From positions 372,001 to 436,000 of the forward strand of contig OY740795.1 in the NCBI GenBank assembly GCA_963514005.1: a DNA stretch of 64,000 nt, written 5' to 3'. Made by a program: the position numbers and the translations under genes. Every line of letters begins with the position of its first letter. Positions within the stretch are counted from its first letter, which is position 1. This DNA is from Raja brachyura (taxonomy: Eukaryota). Shown piece after piece: positions 24,740-38,292 of the stretch. The notes under the pieces are model-generated. The model saw only the letters and a program-made list of their open reading frames with translations. It had not been told where the DNA came from and did no database searches.

Positions 24740-25159
24740 TCCCGTGCCTGTGCTGTGTAAATCATGCCTGTCATCGGACTCGCGGGGAATCGCCAGGTTG
24801 CGCCGCAATGCCGAGCGCACGAAACGTTGGCACATACCCAGAGGAAATTAGAAAAACCTCGGAATAAACTGCAACCGTTTCCACGAAGAGCAAATGAGAA
24901 CATTTGAATGAAAACACAGTGGAAATTATTACGGGACGCACCATTCGCAAATAACACGACAAGAATAAAGGGGACGGTTAGACATTTAGGGCAACCCACC
25001 GAGGATAAACCTCTGTAACCTCTTCCCACCCACGTGGGCGAATGGCTCCAGAGCCGATGGGGCATCTTGGTAAGCATGGATAATTTTGGCCAAAGAGCTG
25101 CTTTCCTGCTATATGACCCTGCGTCTCAGGTTGCATTATTCTCGTTCCATAGATATATT

Positions 25160-26895
25160 TGAAACACAGAACATAGGTGCTGGAGGAGGACATTCGGTCC
25201 TTCGAGCCACACCACCATTCAATATGATCCTGGCTGATCATCCTGAATCAGTACCCTGTTCCCGCTTTCTCCCCATATCCTTTGATTCAGTTGGCGAAAG
25301 AGCTATGTCTAACCCTCTCTTGAATACATCGAATGAATTGACCTCCACTGCCTTCTGTGCCAGAGAATTGCACAGATTCAAAGCTCTCTCGTTGGAACGG
25401 CTTTTCCTCACCCCAGTCCCTACCCCTTATTCCTAAATGGTGACCCCTGGTTCTGGAACCCCAACATCTGAAACATTTCTCCTGTCCAATTCCTTAAGAA
25501 CCGTATATGTTTCTATAAGATACCCCTTCATCCTTCGCAATTCCTATGAATATAAACCCACTCGATCCATTCTTTCATCATATGTCAGACCCGCCATCCC
25601 GGGAATTAAGATGGTGAACATACGCTGCACCCCCTCAATAGGAAGAATGTACTTCCTCAAATAAGGAGACCAAAACTGCTGTCTCACCAGGGCCCTGTAG
25701 GATCGGCTTGCCCCTTTACGCAAATCCTCTCGCTATGAAAGCCAACATGCCATTAGCTTTCTTCATTGCCTGTTATACCTCCATGGTTACTTTCAGTGAT
25801 TAATGTACAAGGACACCGGTGTCTCGTTGCTCCTCTCCTTTTCCTAACCTGACACCATTCTGATAATCATTTGCCTACCAATGTGGATAAACTCACATTT
25901 ATCAACATTATACTGCACCTTACTTGCAACTGCCCAGTCACCGAACCTATCCAATTCACCAGGCAGCCTCATAGCATTCTCCTCGCAGCTCACACTGCAA
26001 CCCAATTTTGTGTCGTCCGCAAACATGGAGTTGTTGCATTTAATTCCTTCGTCTAAATCGTTAATATATATTGTAAATAACCGGCGTACCAGCACTTAGC
26101 CTTACGGTACCCCACGAGTCAATGCATGCCATTCTGTGAAGGACCCGTTATTTCCTACTCTTTGCTTCCTGCCTGCCAACCAGTTTTTTTATCCGTGACA
26201 ATAGCCTACCCCCAATACAATGTGCTGCAATTTTGCACACTAATCTCATGTGTGGGACCTTGACAAAGGCTTTTCTGAAATTCCAGATACACCACACCCA
26301 CTGGCTCTCCCTTATCGATTCCACTTGTTACGTCCTCAAAAATGTCCAGAAGATTTGTCAAGCATGATTTCCCCTTCATAAATCAATGATAACTCGGACC
26401 TATCTTGTCACTGCTATCCAAATGCGGTACCATTACACCTTTAATAATCGATTCATGCATCACCCCCTCTACCAATGTCAACCTGACTAGTCTGTAGTTC
26501 CCAGTTTTCACTCTTTCTCCTTTCATAAAAAAAGTGGGATTACATTTGCTACCCTCCAGTCCACATTAATTAATCCAGACTCAAAAGAACTGATCACCAA
26601 TACAAGCACGATTTCTCGACCCACCTCCGTGGGTATTCTGAGATGCAGACCATCAGGTCCTGGGGATATATCTGTCTTCAGTCCCGACATTTTACTCAAC
26701 ACCATTTAATGACTAATGTGAATTTCCTTCAGTTCCTCAGTCACGATAGATCCTCGGTCCTCTAATATTTCTGGGAGATTGTTCTTGTCTTCCTTAGTTA
26801 AGACAGAACAAAAGTACTTGTTAAAATGGTCTGCAATTCCTTGTTTCTCATTATTCATTCACTTCTTTCTGACTGTAAGGGACCTACATTGATTC
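25160..26895 (-). mobile_element. Degenerate CR1 LINE
   Basis: YINDLDEGIKCNNSMFADDTKLG; SPGPDGLHLR; CR1 3'UTR. Confidence 0.85.
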
Positions 26896-29016
26896 CACTA
26901 GCTGACATGATATATCCACTAATATTTACATTTCAAGCCATGAATTTGTCATCTAACGTCTAACTTCAAGCAATAAATTTCTCCGTAGGTTTACACTGTC
27001 CGCATGTCCACTGTTCGCATGTGGTGGAAGGTTCATGCGTGGACAGAGGACCGGCCAACTGATGCGATATGTCTATGCAGAGAGAATAATTGCAGTTGAT
27101 ACATCGTCAGTGAGCCATAGAGTCATACCACACGGGAACAGCACTTTGGGCCCAACTGTCCATGCCGACCAAGATGCCCCAGTGTCATTTTTCCGCGTTT
27201 GAACCATACCACCCTACGCCTTCCATATCCATATACCTGTCCACATGTGTTATAAATAAATAACCTGACATGGTACCTTCCATAATGACCCCCTGTGGCA
27301 GCACGTTCCATATACCTGCCACGTCCGGTGTGAAAAAGTGTGTATGCACTGTTAAGCTCTTCAGTGACATGAACAATTTATTGTTCTATGCTGCATTACC
27401 TGAGACTGGGTAAAGGCTATTTTGCTCACGCACGTTTATATCGACATTTATGAAACGAGTTGCGGAGTGGCTAGTGGGGCCAGGTAGTACACATATTTGA
27501 AAATATTTGGAGAGGTACAAGGATAGGATGGATTTCGAGGAATATGTACCAAACGCAGGCAGGTGGGACTGGTGTATATGGGAATGCTGATCGGTGTAAG
27601 CAAGCTGGTCCGAAGTACCCATTTCCACGCTGGATGACTCTATTACTCTAATCGGGATCAAGGATTTAAGATTGGCAGTGAACGTTTTTTTCTGGTTAGT
27701 TACCAATGTTATCCACGGGGACTGCGACCGCAGATTTTGTGTTCCCATATCAGTGTCTGAGCCGCGGTTTGTAGTAAACGAACGAAGAACAGCTGTTCTG
27801 AAAAACAAAATATGACAGTTGGGAGACGTTCAGTTCCTTCCCTTAACAACCTAAGATGCATCACATAGTAACGGGCGCTGTGCTATATAGCCGCAGGCCC
27901 GGGATAGTCGATCACTATCTCTTGAAAGTACACTGTACTACGTCAGAATGTCGACCGCTGGCGAGAGTCTCCTTATCTTGGAAACTGCCGCAAATGTATC
28001 TCCGAACCGTACAGGAGCGAACGGCTTGGATAGCGAATGTATCAATAGAAGTAAAAAGCATTATTGGTTTAGGTGCTGTTTTAAATGGGACATTCAACTC
28101 TGTTCGTGTGGGCCAGTTGTTACGCAGACGTTTCCATGTGCGACACTGCAGCTCAGCCTGAACAGTCGCCCACTAAAGCTCACTGCTCATTGCTGTGATC
28201 GCGATTCTAACATTCATAATGCGCCACAGTTCGGACCGAAGCACCGCGCTCGCTCCTGACCTCCGGTGTTCATTGTCTGACGCTTAAACTTTCTCCCCGA
28301 GATCACTCGCGTATGTTCCGGGTGAGCAGGATTACTCCCACATCCCAAGCAGATGCAAGTCTGGAGGTTAATAGCCTTTTGTAAATCTTCCGCATTATGC
28401 AGGGAGGTGATGAGAGCATGGATTAAGAAACGATCCCGTGAACACGATTTTGATGGTCAGCGTGGTCACGGTGGGCAGAAGAGCCAGTTTCATAGCTACA
28501 TATTTCATTGATTAAATTATATAGGCACGACTGAGCTCCCACAGCGTCACAATCCCACACAACCCCGGAATACACTGAGTGAAGAAGGATTCAGATGCGA
28601 CACGTCGCATGTCCGTACCGACGCAGCAGCTGCGTGACCGGCTGAGTTTCTCAAACACATTGTCATTTAATCTTGTTCTCTGACGTGTTCCCAATATTTC
28701 ACGGAAAGTGTAATCTCATTCATTTCTGGTGGAATACGGAGAACATCTATACTGATATGTGATTTGATTTTCTCTAAACGAATTACCCTGCAATGTGTAC
28801 ATTTCCGGATTGATTATCGATTAAATGAAAGTAAAATGTCACTTTATGTCTAGCTCTCTGTCTCCCTGTTGTTAGTACAGACTCATTTTCCATTTCGTAA
28901 TTATTTCTGTCATCGTTCTGCAGTATTATTTTCTGTGTTTCGTTTATAATCCTAACAAACATGGATTTTGCGTTCATAATCGTGACACCCATGGACGGGG
29001 GGGGGGGGGGGGGGGG

Positions 29017-29488
29017 AAATGGGAAGATGTGCCAAGTGGTGGGTTCATGTTGTAGATGGCGAAAATGTCGGAGGTTATTTGTTTTATGTGACAGCTGGTA
29101 GGGTGGAAGGTGAGGACAAGGGGAACTCGGCCCTCGTTGCGAGTGGGTGGATGGAGAGTGAGAGCAGAGTTTCGGGGTATAGAAGAGACCCGGGTGAGAG
29201 TCTCATCGAGAGTAGAAGAGGGGAAACCCCGTTCCCTGAAGAATGAGTACATATCTGATGCCCTAATGTGGAACACCTCATCCTGGGTGCAGATGCGGAG
29301 TGGTCGGGGGAATTGGGAATAGGGGATGGAGCCCTTACAGGAAGCAGCGAGGGAAGAAGTGCAGTCCAGATAGCCATGGGAGTCAGTGGGTTTATAGTGG
29401 ACGTCGGTTAGTAGTCTCCAACGCAGTTGATAGAGGACCACCGTAAATTGCTTTCTCTTCCACTTCTCAGCTCTCCCTCAGCCCTCAG
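29017..29488 (-). mobile_element. Penelope-like element remnant
   Basis: TDVHYKPTDSHGYLDCTSS..SCKGSIPYSQFPR.RIC; same internal inversion junction as 54614-56037. Confidence 0.85.
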
Positions 29489-30929
29489 ATTAGCCTTCAC
29501 ACGTGATCTCTGATGCCCTCTAGTTGGCGTTATCTCTTGGTTTCCATCTTTGCTCCGGTGACTTCTCATTTTTAGAAGCCGCGGGCATTTGTAGGTTATG
29601 TTGCCGTTCGTGAGATTACGTTCACATTGTATCAAATCAATTTGGCATGGAATAAAACATTGTGACGCGTTTCCATGTAATCGTCGAATTTAAAGTTAAT
29701 TTAATTTAAAGTAATACGAGTCCATAAATCAATCAAAAGACAGAAAAGAGCGAACGCCTTTTGCGACTTCTATTGTTACCACAAAAAAGCGTAGATATGA
29801 TGCTTGAAGTACATGTTCTAGGGTGGCGCAGATGGTAGAGCTGCTGCCTCACAGTGCCGGAATCTGGGCTCGATGGTGACGTCCAGACTCGAGGTGTAGA
29901 CAGTTCGCTTATTTCCTGTGTCCGCGTGGGTTTCTTCTGGGACATCTGGTTAACCATTACATCCCCACGAGGTGCGGGTAAGTAGGTCAATTGGCCACGG
30001 CAAAATTGGTCTTACCATGTAGGAAGCAGAAAAGAATGCGGAGCAAGGGAGAACCGGTGTGAATGGGCGATGAATGGATCGGCGTCGACTCGGTCGGTCC
30101 AAATACCTATTTCCACGTTTTACCTCGAAACTGAATACCTAACGCCGGTTATCTACAATTAGTTCCATGTTCAAAGATGGATCCTGTGCGTTTTCACAGT
30201 GAACTCTAAACCACAATACAGCAGGTCAGGAAATGTGGTAAATATGCACTGTGCATTATGCCATAATGTTCGTTGACTGCGTGTGTGTTAGAGTGCGTGG
30301 ACACCCCCCGCTTGTAAGCTCGTATAGCCCAGATGAACCGCGATGGGCCTATCATTATCGTGTTCGAGACTCGAGAATGGTTCCATCCGATGGTCACCAG
30401 ATTGTCCCAGGTGACGCAGTCACGGCGATCTGTTGAATTCGGGGCTTGTGATAATAAAAAGGCAATTTGGAACTTAAGAACACATTCCTGGCCTTGAAAT
30501 AATGTCGTGGTACTTATCACTAAAATACATTGGGACACCGCGGTTACAAACCTGGCAGTGTTGGAATATCATGTTTATAATGGCCATGTGATACGGTTGG
30601 GGTCTATGATGCACTGAAACTTTTAGGGAACGAACTGCCGATGCAATGTGAGTCTGGATAGGTTTGCAAGGGTGCTTGTCACGATTTATTCCGAACAACT
30701 CTGTCGCAGAGGACTCCGTGATTTACGGACTGTTCCCAGGGACGAATTCAGAGGCCGACATGCGACTGCTGCTGGAAGGTCATCAACTCGGTGAAAGAAG
30801 CTCTTTGGTGTGCTTGAGCTTTTGTTGTTTTTTTTTTCTACAAAAAAAAACTAAAACATAAAAACAGAGGAAAAAGAATAATGGCAAACATAACAATGAT
30901 ATTGACACATAGGGATCAGGATTACATTG

Positions 30930-32703
30930 ATAACAAGAACATGGCAGACCAGTTCAATAACTACTTTGGTTCTGTCTTCACTAAGGAAGACATAAATAAT
31001 CTGCCGAAAATAGCCGGGGACCGGGGGTGTTGGGTAAGGTGGAGGAACTGCGTGAAATCCAGGTTAGCCGGGTAGTGGTGTTGGGTAAATTGAATGGATT
31101 AAAGGCCGATAAATCCACAAGGCCAGATAGTCTGCATCCCAGAGTACTCAAGGAAGTAGCCACAGAAATAGTGGATGCATTAGAGTTAATTTTTCAAAAC
31201 TCCTTAGATTATGGAGTAGTTCCTGTGGATTGGAGGTTAGCTGATGAAACCCCACTTTTTAAAAAAAGGAGGGAGAGAGAAAACGGGGAATTACAGACCA
31301 GTTAGTCTAACATCGGTAGTGGGGAAAGTGCTAAAGAGTCAGTCATTAAAAATGGGATAGCAGTACATTTGGAAAGTGGTGAAATCAATAGACAAAGCCA
31401 GCATGGATTTACGAAAGGTAAATCATGTCTGACGAATCTTATAGAATTTTTCGAGGATGTAACTAGCAGAGTGGATAAGGGAGTACCAGTGGATGTGTTA
31501 TATCTAGACTTTCAGAAGGCTTTCGACAAGGTCCCACATAAGAGATTAGTATACAAACTTAAAGCACAGGGTATTGGGGGTTCAGTATTGATGTGGATAA
31601 GGAACTGGCAGGCAGACAGGAAGCAAAGGATGGGAGTAAACGGGTCCTTTTCAGAATGGCAGGCAATGACTAGTGGGGTACCGCAAGGCTCAGTGCTGGG
31701 ACACCAGCTATTTACAATATATATTAATGATTTGGACGAGGGAATTGAATTCAACATCTCCAAGTTTGCTAATGACACTAAGCTGGGGGGTAGTGTTAGC
31801 TGTGAGGAAGATGCTAGGAGGCTGCAAGGTGACTTGGATAGGCTGGGTGAGTGGGCAAATGCATGGCAGATGCTGCATAATGTGGATAAATATGAGGTTA
31901 CGTGAGGCATATGTGAGGCAAAAACAGGAGGGTAGACTATTATCTGAATGGTGGCAAATTAGGAAAATGGGAGATGCAACGAGACCTGGGTGTCATGGTA
32001 CACCAATAATTGAAAGTAGGCATGCAGGTGCAGCAGGCAGTAAAGAAAGCAAATGGTATGTTAGCATTCATAGCGAAAGGATTTGAGTATAGGAGCAGGG
32101 AGGTTCTACTGTAGTTGTACAAGGTTTGGTGAGACCACACCTGTGGTATTGCGTAGAGTTTTTGGTCTCCAAATCTGAGAAAAGACATTCTTGCCACAGA
32201 GGGTGTACAGGGAAGGTTCACCAGACTGATTCCTGGGATGACAGGACTTTCATATGAGGAAAGACTGGATAGACTTGGCTTGTAGTCGCTAGAATTTAGA
32301 AGGCTGAGGGGGGATCTTATAGAAACTTACAAAATTCTTAAGGGGTTGGATAGGCTAGATGCAGGAAAACTGTTCCCGATGTTGGGGAGGTCCAGAACAA
32401 GGGGTCACAGTCTAAGGATGAGGGGGAATTCCTTTAGGATCGAGATGAGGAAAATATTTTTAACGCAGAGAGTGGTGAGTCTCTGGAATTCTCTGCCACA
32501 GAAGGTAGTTGAGGCCAGTTCATTGGCTATATTCAAGAGGGAATTAGATGTGGCCCCTGTGGCTAAAGGTATAAGGGGGTATGGAGAGAAGGCAGGTACG
32601 GGATATTGAGTTGGATGATCAGCCATGATCATATTGAATGGCGGTGCAGGCTCGAAGAGCCGAATGGCCTACTCCTGCTATTTTCTATGTTTCTATGTTT
32701 CTA
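30930..32703 (+). mobile_element. 5'-truncated CR1 LINE nested in L1
   Basis: RT motifs in ORFs 31027-31905 and 32346-32609; (tttctatg)n tail. Confidence 0.9.
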
Positions 32704-33440
32704 ACAGGTATAACCTGATATGAGTCCAATGTCAAAATACACATTGAATATGGACCTCCAGGTCTCTATGTAAATATAGTTAAAATCTTTAAAAGAAAAC
32801 TTATAAATGTAGAAAAAAACACAAAAATGAAAAGATAAAAAGAAAAGGGAAAAAGGAAAAACCAAAACCCCCTAAACTAAAAAATATAAAAATAAAAAAA
32901 AAATAATAAAATAAGAATACAAATAAAATAAACAAATAAAAACTAGGCAAAGCAAAACATAATTTGAACTAAAAGTTTCAACAATTTAACTATTTTTGTC
33001 GTCAAGTCCGTTCCACCATTTAAAGGTAAAATAGTTTTTATAACGGGTAAAGAGGGAGCAAATTATCTTGTATGAAAGTGTTCAATAATTTTTCCCCAAG
33101 TCATATCAAATTTAACCAAGGGTTCAACAATGTCACTCGTAATCTTTTCTAAATATAAACATGGTACAGTTTCAGAATGCCACGGGAGTGTGGTCGGAGT
33201 GTTGGAGTCTTTCCATTGAAATTAAATAGATCTTCTGGCGATTAATGTGGTAAAAGGAATCAACCGATAGGCGGAGCGGGACAAATGAATAACATCTAAC
33301 ATTCTCAGCCCAAAAATTGCAGTAACAGGATGAGGTTGTAAATCAATACCTAAGACGACAGAAATAGTATCAAAAATGTATTTTCAATATTTGTCCAATA
33401 TTTTTCCAAAAGTGGACATGACTAAAACATATGGGTCAGT

Positions 33441-33570
33441 NNNNNNNNNNNNNNNNNNNNNNNNNNNNNNNNNNNNNNNNNNNNNNNNNNNNNNNNNNNN
33501 NNNNNNNNNNNNNNNNNNNNNNNNNNNNNNNNNNNNNNNNNNNNNNNNNNNNNNNNNNNNNNNNNNNNNN
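33441..33570. other. Assembly gap (N run)
   Basis: 130 N. Confidence 1.
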
Positions 33571-33721
33571 AGTGCAACGAGATTTGGTTTGCAACTTCAA
33601 GATTTCGGTTTACATCTGTCACAGGTAGGATTTATATGACTATAACAAAGAGCCAACATCTTTGGACATATGAGGTCTGTGAACCACCTTGAATTGTATC
33701 AAAGCGTGTCTTGCACACATC

Positions 33722-34152
33722 GAAACATAGAGATAGAAATTAGGTACAGGAGTAGGCCATTCGGCCCTTCGAGCCTGCACCGCCATTCAATATGATCATG
33801 GCTTATCATCCAACTCAGTATCCCGTACCTGCCTTCTCTCCATACCTTCTGATCCCCTCAGCCATGAGGGCCACATCCAACGCCCTCTAAAATATAGCCA
33901 ATGAACTACCCTCAACTACCCTCTGTGGCAGAGAGTTCCAGAGACCCACCATATCTGTGTGAAAAAAAGTCCTTCTCATCTCGGTCCTAAAGGATTTCCC
34001 CCTCATGCTTAAGCTATGACCCCTTGTCCTGGACCTCCCCAACATCGGGAACAATCTTCCTGCATCTAGTTTGTCCAACCCCTTAAGAATTTTGTAAGTT
34101 TTTATAAGATCCCCTCTCAATCTCCTAAATTCTAGATAGTATAAACCGAGTA
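33722..34152 (-). mobile_element. CR1 3' fragment
   Basis: LEFRRLRGDLIKTYKILKGLD..; CR1 3'UTR. Confidence 0.85.
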
Positions 34153-34869
34153 TATACCGACATTGAAGAGGTATTGACAAATTCAAGAATCCTCTCCCAT
34201 TTCTCTATAGCTAAAGAAGTTTGGAGTTCTCCTTCCCTGTCTTTCTTAATTTTATCAAATATCTCTGTTTGTAATTTCAAAATCATAAATATCGTTATTA
34301 ATCCTTTCTGATACGGGTTCAACCGTAAAACATTTTTCAAAATTTCGGTTTGATGTGGTAGCGGAAAAAAGTGGTATCCTTTAAAAAATGTCTAATTTGT
34401 AAATATCTAAAAAAGTGTGAATTAGGTAAGTTATATCTATTGCAAAGTTGTTCGAAAGACATGAAACAACCCTCCAAAAACAAATCACGAAAAGCTCCTA
34501 ATGCCTTCCTCTTGCATAAAATCATTTAGTCCAAAACATTTACGAAATCGAAACTATATTCGGAAAGTATACCTTATTATTGGGCAAAGCCAGATGCCCG
34601 TCGGGGAAAGTGGCCGTCTGGCCCGCTGCAGACTGCAGGAATACAGCCAACGCCAAGACTCTGTGGGGAGGACCACAGTCTAGGGTCTTTCCGCTGCTGG
34701 GCATGGGGGCAGCGTGTGCTGGATACGCCCCTCAAAATAAGGGAAGGGATTCCACGCAAGTGGGCCACACGAGTGGCAAGGGTGGGAGGTAAAATTGTGT
34801 AATTTGTATTGAATGTATATTTAGCCTCCGAGAATGTCGGATAGGGTTTGGAAGGACCATGTATTCAGT

Positions 34870-37800
34870 ACTCAGTCTTCCCGTGGATTTTGAAGCAACA
34901 GCAACAAAGAGAAGCAGGGGAAAGCACTGATTGGCTCTAGCCCAAGTGGGAGGAGAGTTCTCAGTGAGTCAGAGGGGGTAAGCAGTTGAACACTAAGGAA
35001 TTTGGTTTGTAAATTAGGTAATTGAACAGTCAATATAAGCAAGGCAGCTCTTGGGGAGCGGCAGTGAGTGAGCGGCCCTGTGAGTAAAGTGTGAGTCATT
35101 GGCTCGACAGTCTTCGGAGAGGAGGCTGCGCAAAACACTGGATAGGGAGAGACCGAGGCAAAAGAAGGAGATGTCAAGCAAGCTGATGCAGTGTGATGCT
35201 TGCAGTATGTGGGAGGTCAAGGACACTGCTGGTGCCTCTGGATGCTACAAATGTGAGAAGTGCATCCAGGTACAGCTCCTGAAGGACCGTGTTGGGGAAC
35301 TGGAGAAACAAGTGGATGACCTCAGGTTCATCCGAGAAACTGAGTCGTTCCTCGACAAGTCCTTCAGTGAGATTGTTACACCCAAGGCACTAGATGAGAG
35401 AAGGTGCGTGACGGTGAGAAAGGGAGGAAAACATGGAATGCAAAGGTCCCCGGGTGTTGTACCTCTTGTGAACAGGTTCACCCACGTGGAAGCTGCCGGG
35501 ACAGAAGACGGTATCTCACTGAGCGGCGGACTGGCTTGCCAAACAAAAAGGGCTGATGAGCCAAAACCAAAGAGGCCAAAGTCGGGCAACGCCATTGTAG
35601 TTGGAGACTCCATTGTGAGAGAAACGGACAGGGGTTTTTGCGGCAACAGACGGGATTCCAGGATGGTGCACTGCCTTCCTGGTGCCAGGATCCAGGATGT
35701 TACGGACAGAGTGCAGACAATCCTCAAGGGCGAAGGTGAACAGCCGGAAGTGATCGTGCATGTTGGCACAAATGATGTTGGAAAGAAGGGGATGAATATT
35801 TTGCAGCGGGACTTCAGAGAGCTTGGAAAAATGCTGAAAAGCAGGACTTCCAGGGTTGTTATCTCCGGTTTGCTTCCAGTTCCTCGTGCTGGCGAGAGCA
35901 GGAACAGGGAGATACGGGACCTGAATGTGTGGCTGAGGAACTGGTGCAGGGGGCAGGGATTTAGATTCTTACATCACTGGGATCTGTTTTGGAGTAAGGG
36001 GGAACTGTACAAAAGGGACGGATTGCATCTTAACAGGTGGGGGACCAGCATTCTGGCCGGCAGATTCGCCGCTGCTACACGGATGGTTTTAAACTGAATA
36101 AGGGGGGTGGGGGGTCAAATGGGATAATCGAGAACGGAGTTAAAGGGAAAGAGAGTAAAGGGATGGTTAATGACCCCAGAATTAACGGGAAAGAAAGCTC
36201 ACAAAGGGATAGGAGAGTATGGCCAAGTGTAATAGGGATCGATGTAAAAGGGGCCACTTGTTAACATAATTGTATAAGGAGTAAGAGTGTTGTAAAAACA
36301 AGCCTGAAGGCTTTGTGTCTCAATGCGAGGAGCATTTGTAATAAGGTGGATGAGTTGAAGGTGCAGATAGCGATTAATGACTATGCTATAGTTGGGATCA
36401 CGGAGACATGGCTCCAGGGTGACCAAGGCTGGGAGCTGAACATCCAGGGATATTCAATATTCAGGAGAGATAGACGAAAAGGAAAAGGAGGTGGGGTAGC
36501 GTTGCTGGTGAGAGAGGAGATTAATGCAATAGAAAGGAAGGACATTAGCGTGGAGGATGTGGAATCGATATGGGTGGAGCTGCGAAACTCTAAGGGGCAG
36601 AAAACGCTAGTGGGAGCGGTGTACAGGCCACCTAACAGTAGTATTGGAGTTGGGGATGGCATCAAACAGGAAATTAGAAATGCATGCAACAAGGGTAACA
36701 CGGTTATAATGGGTGACTTCAATCTGCATGTAGATTGGGTGAATCAAATTGGCAGGGGTGCTGAGGAAGAGGATTTCCTGGAATGTATGCGGGATAGTTT
36801 TCTCAACCAACATGTGGAGGAACCAACGAGAGAGCAGGCTATTCTAGACTGGGTATTGAGTAATGAGGAAGGGTTAGTTAGCAGTCTTGTTGTGCGTGGA
36901 CCCTTGGGCAAGAGTGACCATAATATGGTTGAGTTCTTCATTAGGATGGAGAGTGACAAAATTAAGTCAGAAACAAGTGTTCTGAACTTGAACAAAGGTA
37001 ACTTTGAAGGTATGAGATGTGAATTGGCCAAGATAGACTGGCAGGTGATTCTTAAAGGGTTGACAGTGGATGTGCAATGGAAGGTATTTAAAGACTGCAT
37101 GGATGAAGTACAAAAGTTGTTCATACCAGTTTGGCAAAAGAATAAATCGGGGAAGGTGGTGCATCCATTTAACAAGGGAAATCAGGGATAGTATCAAAAC
37201 AAAAGATGAGGCATACAAATGTGCCAGAAAAAGCAGCCTACCGGAGGACTGGGAGAAATTCAGAATGCAGCAGAGGAGGACAAAGGCTTAATTAGGAAAG
37301 GGAAAATAGATTATGAAAGGAAACTGACAGGGAACATAAAAACTGACTGCAAAAGTTTTTATAGATATGTGAAGAGAAAGAGACTAGTTAAAACAAATGT
37401 TGGTCCCTTGCAGTCAGAAACAGGTGAATTGATCATGGGGAACAAGGACATGGCAGACCAATTGAATAACTACTTTGGTTCTGTCTTCACTAAGGAAGAC
37501 ATAAATAATCTGCCGGAAATAGCAGTGGAACGGGGGTCAAATAAGATGGAGGAACTGAGTGAAATCCAGGTTAGCCGGGAGGTGGTGTTGGGTAAATTGA
37601 ACGGATTGAAGGCCGATAAATCCCCAGGGCCAGATAGTCTGCATCCCAGAGTACTCAAGGAGGTAGCCACAGAAATAGTGGATGCATTAGTGATAATTTT
37701 TCAAAATTCCTTAGTTTCTGGAGTATTTCCTGAGGATTGGAGGGTAGCTAATGTAACCCCACTTTTTAAAAAAGGAGGGAGAGAGAAAGCGGGGAATTAC

Positions 37801-38289
37801 AGACCAGTTAGTCTAACATCGGTAGTGGGGAAACTGCTAGAGTCAGTTATTAAAGATGGGATAGCAGTGCATTTGGAAAGTGGTGAAATCATTGGACAAA
37901 GTCAGCATGGATTTACGAAAGGTAAATCATGTCTGACAAATCTGATAGAATTTTTCGAGGATGTAACTAGTAGAGTGGATAAGGGAGAACCAGTGGACGT
38001 GTTATATCTAGACTTTCAGAAGGCTTTCGAGAAGGTCCCGCATAAGAGATTAGCATACAAACTTAAAGCACACGCTATTGGGGGTTCAGTATTGATGTGG
38101 ATGGAGAACTGGCTAGCAGACAGGAGGCAAAGGGTAGGAGTAAACGGGTCCTTTTCAGAATGGCAGGCAGTGACTAGTGGGGTGCCGCAAGGCTCAGTGC
38201 TGGGACCCCAGCTATTTACAACATATATTAATGATTTGGACAAGGGAATTCAATGCAACATCTCCAAATTTGCAGATGATACCAAGCTG
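34870..38289 (+). mobile_element. CR1 LINE with 5'UTR, intact ORF1 and frameshifted ORF2; 3'-truncated inside RT
   Basis: ORF1, APE endonuclease (36313-37191: NARSI, GITETWL, MGDFN, SDHN) and RT (37219-38289), ending at FADDTKL. Confidence 0.93.
35171..36097 (+). CDS. CR1 ORF1 protein (N-terminal CxxC..CxxC zinc finger/coiled coil plus SGNH esterase domain)
   Basis: QCDACSMWE..CEKC; SGNH blocks VGDSIVR, PGA, HVGTND, DGLH; open frame. Confidence 0.88.
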   Translation: MSSKLMQCDACSMWEVKDTAGASGCYKCEKCIQVQLLKDRVGELEKQVDDLRFIRETESFLDKSFSEIVTPKALDERRCVTVRKGGKHGMQRSPGVVPLVNRFTHVEAAGTEDGISLSGGLACQTKRADEPKPKRPKSGNAIVVGDSIVRETDRGFCGNRRDSRMVHCLPGARIQDVTDRVQTILKGEGEQPEVIVHVGTNDVGKKGMNILQRDFRELGKMLKSRTSRVVISGLLPVPRAGESRNREIRDLNVWLRNWCRGQGFRFLHHWDLFWSKGELYKRDGLHLNRWGTSILAGRFAAATRMVLN

Positions 38290-38292
38290 ATG

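Larger units (their letters stand above)
30820..34575 (-). mobile_element. Degenerate L1-clade element with nested CR1 insertions
   Basis: Poly(T) at 30820-30838; AT-rich ORF2 remnants (FRDLF..FMSFEQLCNRYNLPNSHFFRYLQIRHF at 34337-34525). Confidence 0.65.
28115..34865 (+). repeat. Segmental duplication copy 1 (paralogous to ~48904-63754)
   Basis: Collinear homologous blocks including non-repeat DNA, e.g. aacagtcgcccactaaagctcact and cagaaaagagcgaacgccttttgcgact in both copies. Confidence 0.85.
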
